NCBI GenBank assembly: GCA_964578845.1
Contig: CAZOEF010000001.1
Span: 104,591 to 168,590 of the forward strand
DNA length: 64,000 nucleotides
Direction of reading: 5' to 3'
DNA from: Candidatus Woesearchaeota archaeon
Lineage (GTDB): Archaea; Nanobdellota; Nanobdellia; Pacearchaeales; GW2011-AR1
In this document: piece by piece, positions 9,041 through 19,718 of the stretch
Numbering within the stretch: position 1 is the first letter of the stretch
Layout of the letters: every line of letters starts with the position of its first letter
Program-made: the position numbers and the translations under genes
Notes under the pieces: model-generated
Seen by the model: the letters and a program-made list of their open reading frames with translations, nothing else
Told to the model about the DNA's origin: nothing
Databases searched by the model: none

Positions 9041-12000
9041 ATAAACATATCCTCGTCAATAAATATCTTGAAGAGCATTCATTAGTTGAATCTAACGTAA
9101 GAAGCTTCAATGACTTCATCGAGAACAAAATGCAAAAGATAATCGATGAGATCAATGAGACAATAAACAATGAAGATGTGGAAATCAAATTCGGAAAAAT
9201 TAAGATAAAGAAGCCTACTGTAATAGAAGCTGACGGAAGCATCAGCATGATAACTCCTACTGAAGCAAAATTAAGGAACTTAACATATTCTTCGCCGATA
9301 TTTATCGAGCTGAATGTAAAATTCGGCGACCAATCAGATAATGCAGAAGTAGAAATCGGAAGAATGCCTGTAATCGTCAGGAGCAAGGTATGCAATACAT
9401 ACGGCAAGACAAAAGAGGAGCTAAGGGATGAGCACTATATGGATCCGCTTGATCCAGGAGGGTATTTCATTATTAACGGCAATGAGAGAATCATGGTAAT
9501 GACTGAGGACTTAGCACCTAACCAGTCTTTCATCGAGGAAGGCAGGCAAGGGCTTACATTAAGGCTATTCTCACAGAGAGGACCTTACAGGATTCCAACC
9601 ACAATCTCAGAGACAAGTGAAGGAATACTTGATGTTAGCTTCAGCAGGCTCAAGAATATTCCTGCAGTTATTGTATTGAAAGCCCTTGGAATGACAAAAG
9701 ATGCTGATATTGCAAAGCAAATAGGCAAGCAGGACGACTGCATCATAGTCAATCTATATGAATTCGCCAATGTTCAGAATTCAGAGGATGCATTGATGTT
9801 CATTGCAGAGAAATCAGGAATCCAGGGAACAAAGAAGGAAATATTAGACAGGGTAAAACAGAGAGTTGATTCTTATCTATTGCCACACATCGGACTTGAC
9901 AAAGCTGCAAGGAACGAGAAAGCGATGACTTTATGCAAATTATTGAAACAATACCTGAATGCAAAATACGACAAGAAACTAAGGACTGACAAAGACCATT
10001 ATGCAAATAAGAGAGTTAAATTATCAGGAGACCTACTGGCTGAACTTTTTAGGGTCAATATGAACATCCTAGTAAAAGATATCCAATATTCGCTTCAGAA
10101 AATAGTCAAGAGGAAAAAATTCTATTCTATTAAAACAATAGCAAAATCAACATTGTTCACGCATAGAGTTGAGAGCGCCATTGCCACAGGATCGTGGATA
10201 GGCGAAAGGACAGGCGTTACGCAGAATATGCAGAAAAATAATTACCTGGATATGCTTTCACACCTGCAGAGAGTATCAAGTATGCTTCCTGGAGAACAGG
10301 AGAACTTCCTTGCAAGAACCCTGCATCCTACACATTACGGAAGATTCTGCCCTACAGAGACACCTGAAGGAACAGAAATCGGATTAAGGAAGAACCTTTC
10401 TATCTTGGCGAGGATCTCAACAGCTATTGAATTAGATGAGCAGAAGATGATCAAGCAATTGAAAGATATTGGAATGAATGATGAGAGCGGGAAAGACGTA
10501 TTCTTCAATGGAAGATTCTTAGGTTTAGTAGACAATCCTGCTGAATTCGTAATGAAAGTAAGGGAAGCAAGAAGAAAAGGTGAGTTCCCTATTGACCTTA
10601 GCGTCGGAAATAACCCTCATACTGACTCAATAGTACTTTCAACAGAAGTAGGAAGAGTCCTTAGGCCGCTCATAGTTGTCAAGAATGGAGTAAGCACATT
10701 GACAGAAGAGCACTTAAGAGCTTTAGAAAAGAACGAGCTTACCTGGAAAGAACTTGTGAAGAAAGGAGTTATAGAGTATGTTGACGCGTCTGAAGAAGAA
10801 GACCTATTGGTCGCGCCAAATCCTGAAAGCGTCACAAAGGACCACACTCACCAGGAAATAGACCCTATCAGCCTATTCGGGCTTGTGACTTCTTTAGTCC
10901 CATATGGAAACCATGACCAGGCATCTAGATTAAACAGGGGAAGCAAGACCTTAAGGCAGTCATTAGGAATATATGCTGCCAACTTCTTGGTAAGGCTGGA
11001 CACAAATGTCTCTATCCTGCATTATCCTCAGCACCCTATAGTAAAGAGCTTCATCTATGATACTTTGAACATCTATCCTGCAGGGCAAAACCTTATCGTC
11101 GCAATTATGCCTTATGAAGGATATAATATGGAAGACGCTACAATATTAAACCAGGGAAGCATTGACAGAGGCTTAGGAAGAAGCACTTACTTCAAGCCTT
11201 ATGCAGCTACTGAACTTAATTATGCCGGCGGACTTAAAGATGAGATCATAGTCCCAGACAAAGACGTTTCTGGTTACAGAACAGAAAATTCGTACAGGCT
11301 ATTGGAAGACGATGGAATTGCATATCCTGAAGCCAGTGCGAGCTCAGGAGATGTAGTTATAGGTAAAACAACTCCACCTAAATTCCTGTCTGAAGCTAAA
11401 GATATCAGCATACAATCAAAGAAAGAGGGAAGCACTGCGATCAAACAGAATGAAGAAGGAATTGTCGACGCTGTATTCATCACAGCTGATGGAGAAGGAA
11501 ATAAGATAGCCCAAGTCAGGATGAGAGATACAAGAGTTCCTGAGCCTGGAGACAAGTTCTCTACACCTCACGGACAGAAAGGAGTTGTAGGAATGCTTGC
11601 TGATGCTAAAGATATACCTTTCACATCTAGAGGGGTCAAGCCTGACTTGATGTTCAATCCTCACGGTATCCCTAGCAGAATGACTGTGGGATATCTGATT
11701 GAGTTACTAGCTGGAAAAGTAGGAGCTATCACAGGCAAGTTCATAGACGGAACACCATTCGCTGGAGAGAAAGTGGAAAATCTTGAGCAGCAATTAAGAA
11801 ACATGGGCTTCAGTTTTGACGGAAAAGAGACAATGTACGACGGAGTGAGCGGAAAGAAGATGGATGTAAAGATCTATATAGGTAACATGTACTACTTGAA
11901 ACTTGTTCATATGGTCAAGAACAAGATGCACGCAAGAGCTTCAGGTAAAGTCGCCCTTTTGACAAGGCAGCCTATTGAAGGAAGAGCAAGAGGAGGAGCA

Positions 12001-12279
12001 TTGAGATTGGGAGAGATGGAGCAGCAGGCTTTAGTAGGTCATGGAGCATCATTACTATTGAAAGAAAGATATGACTCTGATAAGACAACAATCTATATAT
12101 GCAAGAAATGTGGAAGTCTTGGAATCAAGGATACAATAAGAAACAAGAGTTACTGTCCTGTATGCAACAGCAATGAGATAGAGCCTATCGAAGTGTCTTA
12201 TGCATTCAAGCTGTTAGTTGAAGAATTACTAGGGCTGCATATCATGACAACATTCGAACTAAAGAACAAATACGAATAA
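9037..12279 (+). CDS. rpoB: RNA polymerase subunit B (Rpo2), unsplit
   Basis: GGYFIING, GYNMED, GDKFSTPHGQKG, RLGEME, C-terminal zinc ribbon. Confidence 0.98.
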   Translation: MNKHILVNKYLEEHSLVESNVRSFNDFIENKMQKIIDEINETINNEDVEIKFGKIKIKKPTVIEADGSISMITPTEAKLRNLTYSSPIFIELNVKFGDQSDNAEVEIGRMPVIVRSKVCNTYGKTKEELRDEHYMDPLDPGGYFIINGNERIMVMTEDLAPNQSFIEEGRQGLTLRLFSQRGPYRIPTTISETSEGILDVSFSRLKNIPAVIVLKALGMTKDADIAKQIGKQDDCIIVNLYEFANVQNSEDALMFIAEKSGIQGTKKEILDRVKQRVDSYLLPHIGLDKAARNEKAMTLCKLLKQYLNAKYDKKLRTDKDHYANKRVKLSGDLLAELFRVNMNILVKDIQYSLQKIVKRKKFYSIKTIAKSTLFTHRVESAIATGSWIGERTGVTQNMQKNNYLDMLSHLQRVSSMLPGEQENFLARTLHPTHYGRFCPTETPEGTEIGLRKNLSILARISTAIELDEQKMIKQLKDIGMNDESGKDVFFNGRFLGLVDNPAEFVMKVREARRKGEFPIDLSVGNNPHTDSIVLSTEVGRVLRPLIVVKNGVSTLTEEHLRALEKNELTWKELVKKGVIEYVDASEEEDLLVAPNPESVTKDHTHQEIDPISLFGLVTSLVPYGNHDQASRLNRGSKTLRQSLGIYAANFLVRLDTNVSILHYPQHPIVKSFIYDTLNIYPAGQNLIVAIMPYEGYNMEDATILNQGSIDRGLGRSTYFKPYAATELNYAGGLKDEIIVPDKDVSGYRTENSYRLLEDDGIAYPEASASSGDVVIGKTTPPKFLSEAKDISIQSKKEGSTAIKQNEEGIVDAVFITADGEGNKIAQVRMRDTRVPEPGDKFSTPHGQKGVVGMLADAKDIPFTSRGVKPDLMFNPHGIPSRMTVGYLIELLAGKVGAITGKFIDGTPFAGEKVENLEQQLRNMGFSFDGKETMYDGVSGKKMDVKIYIGNMYYLKLVHMVKNKMHARASGKVALLTRQPIEGRARGGALRLGEMEQQALVGHGASLLLKERYDSDKTTIYICKKCGSLGIKDTIRNKSYCPVCNSNEIEPIEVSYAFKLLVEELLGLHIMTTFELKNKYE

Positions 12280-12280
12280 G

Positions 12281-15200
12281 ATGGAAAGAGACATAATAAA
12301 AAAACAAGTTAAAGCATTGAAGTTCAATCTGATCAGTCCAGACCAGGTCAAGAAGATCAGCGCGGCAAAAATAGTAACACCCGAATTATATGACATCGAC
12401 GGTTTTCCGGTTGACGGCGGGATAATGGATCTTAGGCTTGGAGCAATAGATCCGGGAGTCAGATGCAGAACATGCGGAGGAAGACTAAAGGAATGTCTAG
12501 GACACGTAGGAAGCATTGAGATAGCAAGGCCAATACTTCATATTAAGTATATTCCATTGATTGAATTATTCCTAAGGAGCTTCTGCCATAAATGCGGAAA
12601 ACTTACTTTAGAGGAAGAGAAGCAGAAGAAATACTCTCCTGCTGAAAGAGCGAAAAAAGCCAGAGACAAGAAGAAATGCCCTCATTGCGGCGAGCCTGCT
12701 GAAAGGGTTAAATTAGAAAAGCCGAGCTCATTCTTTATTGGAAAGAAAAGAATATTCCCTAATGAGATTAGAGACTTATTAGTAAATATTCCTGATTCTG
12801 AAGCTAAGAAGATAGGAGTCAATCCTAAGACTTGCAGGCCTGAATGGGCGATACTCTCGCAATTGCTAGTCCCTAGCGTGACTGTGAGGCCATCTATAAC
12901 ATTAGAATCAGGAGAAAGAAGTGAGGATGACTTGACCCATAAGATATCTGATATAATCAGGGCAAACCAAAGGCTGTGGGAGAACCTTAATGCCGGAGCA
13001 CCTGAAGTGATCATAGAGGACTTGTGGGACTTATTGCAATATCACGTCACAACATTCTTTGATAACAATATCTCAAGAATACCTCCTGCCCGACATAGAT
13101 CTGGACAGCCACTGAAGACAATCACTGAAAGAATCAAAGGGAAAGAAGGAAGGATCAGAAAGAACTTAGCAGGTAAGAGAGTCAATTTCTCTGGAAGAGC
13201 AGTCCTTTCACCTGATCCTTACTTAAACATAGATGAAGTCGGAGTGCCGTATGGAGTTGCAACAATAATCACAGTCGCTGAATCAGTAACTACTGCCAAT
13301 CTTGAATATATGAAAGACCTGATAAGAAAAGGTGAATCATATCCAGGGGCAAATTATGTCATAAGGCCTGACGGAAGAAGAAAGAGAATAACTGATGACC
13401 TAAAAGAAACTCTTTGTGAAGAGATAGAGCCAGGATACAAGATAGAAAGGCACCTGCAGGACGGAGATATAGTATTATTCAACAGGCACCCTTCACTTCA
13501 TAAGCAGAGCCTGATGGCCCACAAAGTAAGGGTTCTCCCTTACAGGACATTCAGGATACATCCTGCAGCCGCATTCCCTTATAACGCTGACTTCGATGGA
13601 GACGAAACAAACATCCACTCACCTCAGACAGAGGAAGCAAGAAGTGAAGCAGAGATTCTACTAAATATATCTAATAATATAATATCATCAAAGAATGGAA
13701 TAAACCTAATCGGGTGCATTGCTGACGCTATAACAGGAAATTATATTCTTGGCAAACAGGAATTCACAAAGGCTGAAGCTGACCAATTGCTGTTTGCTTC
13801 AGGCACGCTGAATAACCTGAAAGGAAAGAAGCTTACTGGCCAAGAGGTATTCTCACAAGCGATATCTCACGAAGCAGGCATAAAGATCCCAAGTGACCTT
13901 CTTGGAAGCAATACATTGGGTTCTGAAGACGGTGCAATGGTCAAGATGCTAGACAAAGCAGTTGGAAGAGAAAAAACACTTCAGTCCATAAAGAGTGCAT
14001 TCTCATTAGGAACAAATTACTTGACAAGAGCAGGTTATACTTTAGCATTGAGAGACTTAGACGTCCCTGAAAAAGTCAAGAAGGCAACTCAGGAAATCAT
14101 AGAGGATGCTGAAAAGAGGACTCAGGAAATCATCGACCAATCCACCTCTGGAAAGCTTGAGCTCATTCCAGGTAAAGATATCAGCCAGTCAAGAGAAATA
14201 TTCATCTCGCAAGTATTGAACGAAGTTCGTTCCAAAGCAGGAAAGATTGTCCAGGTCAATTTCCCTAAGGAATCCAACATTAACAAGATGATCACTTCAG
14301 GAGGAGGAGGAAGCTCACTCAATATTACCCAAATAGGATGCTGTGTCGGACAGCAGATCCTTTGGGGAGATAGAATCAACTTCGGGTATAAAGAGAGGAC
14401 ACTTTCACACTTCAAGAAAGGAGACATGGGTCCTGCGGCTCATGGATTCATAAAGTCATCATTCTTCAATGGTTTAAGGCCACAGGAATTCTTCTTTGGG
14501 GCAATAACCGGAAGAGACTCCCTGATGGATACAGCATTAAGAACCCCTAAATCAGGTTACCTGTATAGAAGACTGGTCAGCGCACTGCAAGATCTTAAGC
14601 TTGAATACGACGGAACTGTGAGAGATGCATCAGAGAACATCATCCAGTTCGCTTATGGTGGCGACGGGATAGAGGTAGCAGGACTGCACTTAAATGAGAA
14701 AGTCCCTTCTGGAGAAGCTGTAGGAGTAGTTACTGCGCAATCATTCGGGGAATCATCAACTCAGATGGTATTGAACGTATTCCACTCAGCAGGAGTTGCG
14801 GAAATGCAGGTTACGCAGGGCCTTCCTAGATTAATCGAGATTTTCGATGCGAGAAAAGAACCTTCATCTCCACAGATGGAAGTCTACCTGGACAAGGAAC
14901 ATAATAATGAGAAAGATGCAAGGGTTATTGCAGAAAAAATTAAGGAAGTAAGGCTTGAAGAAATCGCGTCTGAAATAAAACTTGACTTCAGCGGAAAGAA
15001 GATAGAGATAGAGCTGGATAATGCTGCGCTTAGAAGCGTGCACGTCGGGGCTCAGAAGATCACTGAAAGGCTGAATGAAAAAGGATTTGAAGTGAAGAAC
15101 AAAGACACTAAGTTGATATTAGCTACGCCTGATATGGATTTCAAGGCAATGTATAAACTGAAGGAAAAATTGAGAAAGACAATAATCTCCGGGCTTAAGA

Positions 15201-15697
15201 ACATCTCGCACGTTGTAGTTGCACATAGAGGAAGCGACTTTGTGGTCATCACTGCTGGAAGCAATCTGAAGGACATACTTGAAGTCAAAGGTGTTGACCA
15301 GAATAAAGTGTTCACTAACAACATCCATGAAGTAGCAGATGTGCTTGGAATAGAGGCGGCAAGACAGGCTATAGTTATTGAGATAAACAAAGTGCTTGAC
15401 GGACAAGGACTAGACATCAATGAAAGGCACCTTGATTTAGTTGCCGACGCCATGACCTCTACAGGAACTGTCAGAGGAGTGACAAGAATGGGAATCATCT
15501 CACATAAATCCTCGATATTCGCAAGAGCAGCATTCGAGACTCCGGACAAACAGTTCATAAATGCCACAATACAAGGAAAGAAGGATGAGCTTGCATCAGT
15601 GATAGAGAACATTATGCTTAACCAGCCAGTCCCTGTCGGAACAGGACTTCCTGGATTGCTTGTCAAGGTTACTGGAAGGCTTGTCAGCGATAAATAA
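12281..15697 (+). CDS. RNA polymerase largest subunit (Rpo1), A' and A'' fused
   Basis: N-terminal zinc sites, NADFDGD, GYLYRRL, then in-frame GEAVGVVTAQS..TQM..FH, GLPRLIE and RAAFE of A''. Confidence 0.97.
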   Translation: MERDIIKKQVKALKFNLISPDQVKKISAAKIVTPELYDIDGFPVDGGIMDLRLGAIDPGVRCRTCGGRLKECLGHVGSIEIARPILHIKYIPLIELFLRSFCHKCGKLTLEEEKQKKYSPAERAKKARDKKKCPHCGEPAERVKLEKPSSFFIGKKRIFPNEIRDLLVNIPDSEAKKIGVNPKTCRPEWAILSQLLVPSVTVRPSITLESGERSEDDLTHKISDIIRANQRLWENLNAGAPEVIIEDLWDLLQYHVTTFFDNNISRIPPARHRSGQPLKTITERIKGKEGRIRKNLAGKRVNFSGRAVLSPDPYLNIDEVGVPYGVATIITVAESVTTANLEYMKDLIRKGESYPGANYVIRPDGRRKRITDDLKETLCEEIEPGYKIERHLQDGDIVLFNRHPSLHKQSLMAHKVRVLPYRTFRIHPAAAFPYNADFDGDETNIHSPQTEEARSEAEILLNISNNIISSKNGINLIGCIADAITGNYILGKQEFTKAEADQLLFASGTLNNLKGKKLTGQEVFSQAISHEAGIKIPSDLLGSNTLGSEDGAMVKMLDKAVGREKTLQSIKSAFSLGTNYLTRAGYTLALRDLDVPEKVKKATQEIIEDAEKRTQEIIDQSTSGKLELIPGKDISQSREIFISQVLNEVRSKAGKIVQVNFPKESNINKMITSGGGGSSLNITQIGCCVGQQILWGDRINFGYKERTLSHFKKGDMGPAAHGFIKSSFFNGLRPQEFFFGAITGRDSLMDTALRTPKSGYLYRRLVSALQDLKLEYDGTVRDASENIIQFAYGGDGIEVAGLHLNEKVPSGEAVGVVTAQSFGESSTQMVLNVFHSAGVAEMQVTQGLPRLIEIFDARKEPSSPQMEVYLDKEHNNEKDARVIAEKIKEVRLEEIASEIKLDFSGKKIEIELDNAALRSVHVGAQKITERLNEKGFEVKNKDTKLILATPDMDFKAMYKLKEKLRKTIISGLKNISHVVVAHRGSDFVVITAGSNLKDILEVKGVDQNKVFTNNIHEVADVLGIEAARQAIVIEINKVLDGQGLDINERHLDLVADAMTSTGTVRGVTRMGIISHKSSIFARAAFETPDKQFINATIQGKKDELASVIENIMLNQPVPVGTGLPGLLVKVTGRLVSDK

Positions 15698-15731
15698 ATT
15701 TATAAACTAGTTTTGTAAGGTAGATTCAACA

Positions 15732-15971
15732 ATGATTTTGGAATTAAAAAAGGGTATTGCTGACGAGAAAGTTATTTTCGGCGCCAAAGAGATCTTGAAG
15801 AATGCAAAAAAAATAAGCAGCGCATTTGTTTCAGCAGATTGCAGGCAGGAAGTCATTAGCTTGCTAAAAAATAATAAAATAGGATTTGAAATTCTTGAGA
15901 ATACAAAACAGGATTTAGCGAATGACCTTGAGATTGATTTCAAGTGTGAGGTTTTTGGTTTAACGAAATAA
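15732..15971 (+). CDS. rpl30e: 50S ribosomal protein L30e (L7Ae family)
   Basis: Conserved position after rpoA; VIFGAKEILK motif. Confidence 0.8.
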   Translation: MILELKKGIADEKVIFGAKEILKNAKKISSAFVSADCRQEVISLLKNNKIGFEILENTKQDLANDLEIDFKCEVFGLTK

Positions 15972-15972
15972 G

Positions 15973-16386
15973 ATGGCAACAATAAACATGCAGACTATGA
16001 GGTATATCAACTTGCTCAACAGGGTTGCGCATGTGAAGACCAGCAAATGCTTCTTCTATAATAATCATATAATCTTTGTAGTGCCTTCAGGATTTGTATC
16101 AAGGGCTATAGGCCCTAATGGAAAGAACATAAGATCTATGCAGGACCAGTTGGGCAAGAAAATAAAAGTCATCAAGGAAGCTAATGGGATCGAGGATGCC
16201 CAAAGATTTATTGAAGATATCGTCGAGCCTGTTCCGTTCGTGTCAATGGATGTGAAAGATAACGAAATAATAATAACAGCCGGAGTGAGAAGCAAGGCAG
16301 CTTTATTAGGAAGGAATAAAAGAAGGCTTGCAGAACTAGGGCAGATTGTCGAGGATGTTTTCGGAAAAGAGCTTAAGATTGTGTGA
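15973..16386 (+). CDS. nusA: Archaeal NusA-like KH-domain factor
   Basis: AIGPNGKNI and LLGRNKR KH motifs; conserved operon position. Confidence 0.9.
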   Translation: MATINMQTMRYINLLNRVAHVKTSKCFFYNNHIIFVVPSGFVSRAIGPNGKNIRSMQDQLGKKIKVIKEANGIEDAQRFIEDIVEPVPFVSMDVKDNEIIITAGVRSKAALLGRNKRRLAELGQIVEDVFGKELKIV

Positions 16387-16443
16387 AAAGATTTAAAAAC
16401 CGTTTTCAACAAGATTTATGATAACTGTTTAGAGAGTTTAACA

Positions 16444-16866
16444 ATGGGATTAATGAACGCTAAGAAATTGATGAAGAAAAGGCAAAAGTTTAGATGGAGC
16501 AATAAGCCTTACAAAGCAAGAGTCATGAAGCTGCGAGAGAAGTCAGACCCCCTTGGCAGAAGCTGGCAAGCTAAAGGCATTGTGATCTCCAAGTTCCAGA
16601 AAGAAGCAGCGCAGCCAAACTCAGCCATGAGAAAATGCTGCAAAGTGCAACTGATAAAGAACGGTGAGCAGGTCGGAGCTTTCATCCCGGGAAATTTAGC
16701 GCAAAAATTCGTCGATGAGCACGATGAAGTCGTTGTCCAGAGAATCGGCGGAAAGCAAGGGCGTTCTAAAGGAGATATCAGAGGCATCAGGTATGCAGTA
16801 ATTAAAGTGAATGATCAGCCGCTGCACAGGCTAGTGCGTGGCAAGATCGAGAAAGGAAGAAGATGA
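16444..16866 (+). CDS. rps12: 30S ribosomal protein S12
   Basis: [22 protein letters not shown]. Confidence 0.96.
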   Translation: MGLMNAKKLMKKRQKFRWSNKPYKARVMKLREKSDPLGRSWQAKGIVISKFQKEAAQPNSAMRKCCKVQLIKNGEQVGAFIPGNLAQKFVDEHDEVVVQRIGGKQGRSKGDIRGIRYAVIKVNDQPLHRLVRGKIEKGRR

Positions 16867-17456
16867 GTTACAAAGTTCTTGGATTATATGATATTGATGA
16901 AGTCAAGATTACAGATGATACTTTAAAGCCTTACATAAACATCTCTGATAAAATACTAGTCAAATCACATGGAAGGAATACTGGAAAGTTCTCAATTGCT
17001 AAAGTGCACATTCTTGAAAGGCTTGCTAACAGGGTCGCTGTTCCAGGACACGTCGGTAAGAAGCACAAAATAATCACTTCCTGGTCTACTGGAAAATACA
17101 ACAATAATATGAAAACAGTGATCGAGGCTCTTGAGATGATACAGAAGAAAAAGAATGAGAATCCTATTCAGGTATTAGTAAGGGCGATAGAGAACGGATC
17201 ACCAAGAGATGAGACCACAACTATTGAATACGGCGGAGCAAGATACCCTCAGGCTGTTGACGTAAGCCCTAGCAGAAGGATAAACTTAGCAATAAGGTGG
17301 ATAGTGCAGGGAGCTTACCAGAAGTCATTCGGAAAGAAAAAGAAGATGGCTGAATCACTTGCGAATGAAATAATTCTAGCTGCCGACGGAAACATGGAAA
17401 GCTACGCGATGTCAAAAAAGAACGAAGCTGAAAAACAGGCTGACGCGGCGAGATAA
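16863..17456 (+). CDS. rps7: 30S ribosomal protein S7
   Basis: [28 protein letters not shown]. Confidence 0.96.
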   Translation: MSYKVLGLYDIDEVKITDDTLKPYINISDKILVKSHGRNTGKFSIAKVHILERLANRVAVPGHVGKKHKIITSWSTGKYNNNMKTVIEALEMIQKKKNENPIQVLVRAIENGSPRDETTTIEYGGARYPQAVDVSPSRRINLAIRWIVQGAYQKSFGKKKKMAESLANEIILAADGNMESYAMSKKNEAEKQADAAR

Positions 17457-17528
17457 TTAGCAAAACTTTAAAAACCTAATTTATTATCACCAACTATTCT
17501 CGATTTTATCGAAAGCACATTAATAAAA

Positions 17529-19718
17529 ATGGCAGAAAAAGAAACAGGACTACAGAAGATTGAAAGGCTCATCGGAAAGCAGGAAAATATCCGAAATATA
17601 GCGACGTCTGCACACATCCACCACGGAAAAACAGCATTCACTGATAATTTGTTAGCTGCTGCGGGAATGATGGCTTCAAAGAATGCAGGAGACTTAGAGG
17701 AAGGAATGGCAACATGGCAGCACTCTGACGAGCAGGAAAGGCTTATGACAGTCGACGCTGCTAATGTATCCATGCCCCACTCTTACCATGGGGAAGAATA
17801 TTTGATAAACTTAATTGACACTCCTGGACACGTTGACTTCTCGGGAAATGTAACAAGAGCCATGAGGGCTATTGACGGAACAGTCGTACTAGTCTGCGCT
17901 GTTGAAGGAATAATGCCCCAGACAGAGACTGTACTAAAACAGGCATTAAGGGAAAGAGTAAAGCCAGTATTATTTATCAATAAAGTCGACAGATTGATCA
18001 CAGAACTTAAAGTAACTCCTGAACAGATGCAGGAAAGATTCATGAAAATAATCAGCAAGTTCAACATGCTTCTGCAGCAGATAGCAGAAGAAGAATATGG
18101 AAGGAAATGGGCAGTGAATGTTGCAGACGGATCAGTTGCATTCGGCAGCGCCAGAGAGAACTGGGCATTATCAGTGCCTTACATGCAGAAGAAAGGGATC
18201 AGTTTCAAGGATATTTATACAGCTTATGCAATGGAGACTGAAGAAAGGGAGAAATGGTTCTGGGATAATGCTGCATTGTATGAAGTTATTTTAGATATGG
18301 TTGTAAAACATTTGCCTAATCCAGTAGATGCACAGAAATATAGGATCCCTAAGATCTGGAGCGGAGAGCTTGACACTAATTTCGGGCAAAACCTTCAGAT
18401 GTGTGACAAGAATGGAGATCTGGCTTTCGTAGTCACCAGGATAATAATAGACCCAAGAGTAGGAAAGGAAGTCTATGCAGGAAGATTGTTTTCTGGAACG
18501 ATGAAGAATGGGATGGAAGTATTCTCAAATACCACTAAAAAGAAATACAGGATACAGCAAGTATTAGTATATGAAGGAATAAAGCCTAAACAGGTTGATG
18601 AAGCCCCGGCAGGAAATGTTATAGCAGTTGTAGGCCTTAATACTGATGTGGGAGACACTATCTCAAGCAATGAAGTTCATCCGTTTGAAGAGATCAAGCA
18701 CATTTTCCAGCCAGTAATCACTAAATCTATCGAAGTAACTAAGTCTGTTGACTTGCCTAAACTAATTGAAGTCTTAAGAAAAGTAGCAAAGGAAGACCCT
18801 TCTATCAAGATAGAGATCAATGAAGAGACAGGTGAGAACTTAATCTCTGGAATGGGAGAACTGCATTTAGAAATCATAGAAGGGAGAATCAAGAATGAAA
18901 AAGGCCTTGAAGTAAAGACAGGCCCTCCTATTGTAGTCTATAGAGAGACAGTAGGAAAGCAAAGCCCGGTTATTGAAGTAAGGACTCCTAATGGCCACAA
19001 CATCTTCAACTTCAGTATCGAGCCATTAGAGGACAATGTTTTCGAGGCAATCCAGGAAGCCAAACTTCCAGAGATGAGACTGAAGAAAAAAGCCGAAGAC
19101 GTTTGGAAGAAACTTGATGAGCTGGGATATGAAAATGAAGAAGCCAGGCAAGTGAGAGAGATCTATAAAGGGAATGTATTCGAAGACAGGACTCGAGGTT
19201 TAGTATTGCTTGGTGAAGTCATAGATTCAGTAATGGACGGATGGAAATTAGTCGTTGATGCAGGTCCATTGGCAAGAGAACCTTTGACAAAGACAAAGTT
19301 TGTTTTGCACGACGCTAAATTACACGTTGACCATATGCATAGAGGTCCTGCACAGATCTATCCTGCTGTGAGGCAGGGAGTGCATGAAACAATGAAACAG
19401 GGAGGAGCAGGATTACTTGAGCCTATCCAGACACATTTGGTTGAAGGTCCTATTGATTTCATGGGTAAATTGACTAATTTAGTTTCAAGCAAGAGGGGAG
19501 TGTTAGTAGACGTACAGCAGGAAGCAGGACAAGTTATAATAAAAGCCCAGATCCCTGTAGCAGAAATGATTGGATGGAGCAATGACCTGCGAAGCACCTC
19601 TGAAGGAAGAGGAATGAGCAATTTAGTAGACCAGCACTTCAAGAAACTGCCTGCTGAACTGCAAGCGAATGTTATCAGGAAGATCAGAGATAGAAAGGGA
19701 TTATCTGAGAATCAGTAA
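17529..19718 (+). CDS. fusA: Translation elongation factor EF-2
   Basis: RNIATSAHIHHGKT, DTPGHVDF, NKVD, GMGELHLE, HRGPAQ diphthamide loop. Confidence 0.96.
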   Translation: MAEKETGLQKIERLIGKQENIRNIATSAHIHHGKTAFTDNLLAAAGMMASKNAGDLEEGMATWQHSDEQERLMTVDAANVSMPHSYHGEEYLINLIDTPGHVDFSGNVTRAMRAIDGTVVLVCAVEGIMPQTETVLKQALRERVKPVLFINKVDRLITELKVTPEQMQERFMKIISKFNMLLQQIAEEEYGRKWAVNVADGSVAFGSARENWALSVPYMQKKGISFKDIYTAYAMETEEREKWFWDNAALYEVILDMVVKHLPNPVDAQKYRIPKIWSGELDTNFGQNLQMCDKNGDLAFVVTRIIIDPRVGKEVYAGRLFSGTMKNGMEVFSNTTKKKYRIQQVLVYEGIKPKQVDEAPAGNVIAVVGLNTDVGDTISSNEVHPFEEIKHIFQPVITKSIEVTKSVDLPKLIEVLRKVAKEDPSIKIEINEETGENLISGMGELHLEIIEGRIKNEKGLEVKTGPPIVVYRETVGKQSPVIEVRTPNGHNIFNFSIEPLEDNVFEAIQEAKLPEMRLKKKAEDVWKKLDELGYENEEARQVREIYKGNVFEDRTRGLVLLGEVIDSVMDGWKLVVDAGPLAREPLTKTKFVLHDAKLHVDHMHRGPAQIYPAVRQGVHETMKQGGAGLLEPIQTHLVEGPIDFMGKLTNLVSSKRGVLVDVQQEAGQVIIKAQIPVAEMIGWSNDLRSTSEGRGMSNLVDQHFKKLPAELQANVIRKIRDRKGLSENQ

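Noticed and set aside
15052..15666. Long antisense ORFs (for example 15052-15666, 26476-27174, 31921-32424, 47848-48405)
   Set aside because: They are shadows of well-supported genes on the opposite strand, with Ser/Phe/Leu-rich composition and no motifs.
2684..15697. Inteins in NrdJ or the RNA polymerase subunits
   Set aside because: Motifs are contiguous, lengths are normal or short, and no intein termini or LAGLIDADG motifs were seen.
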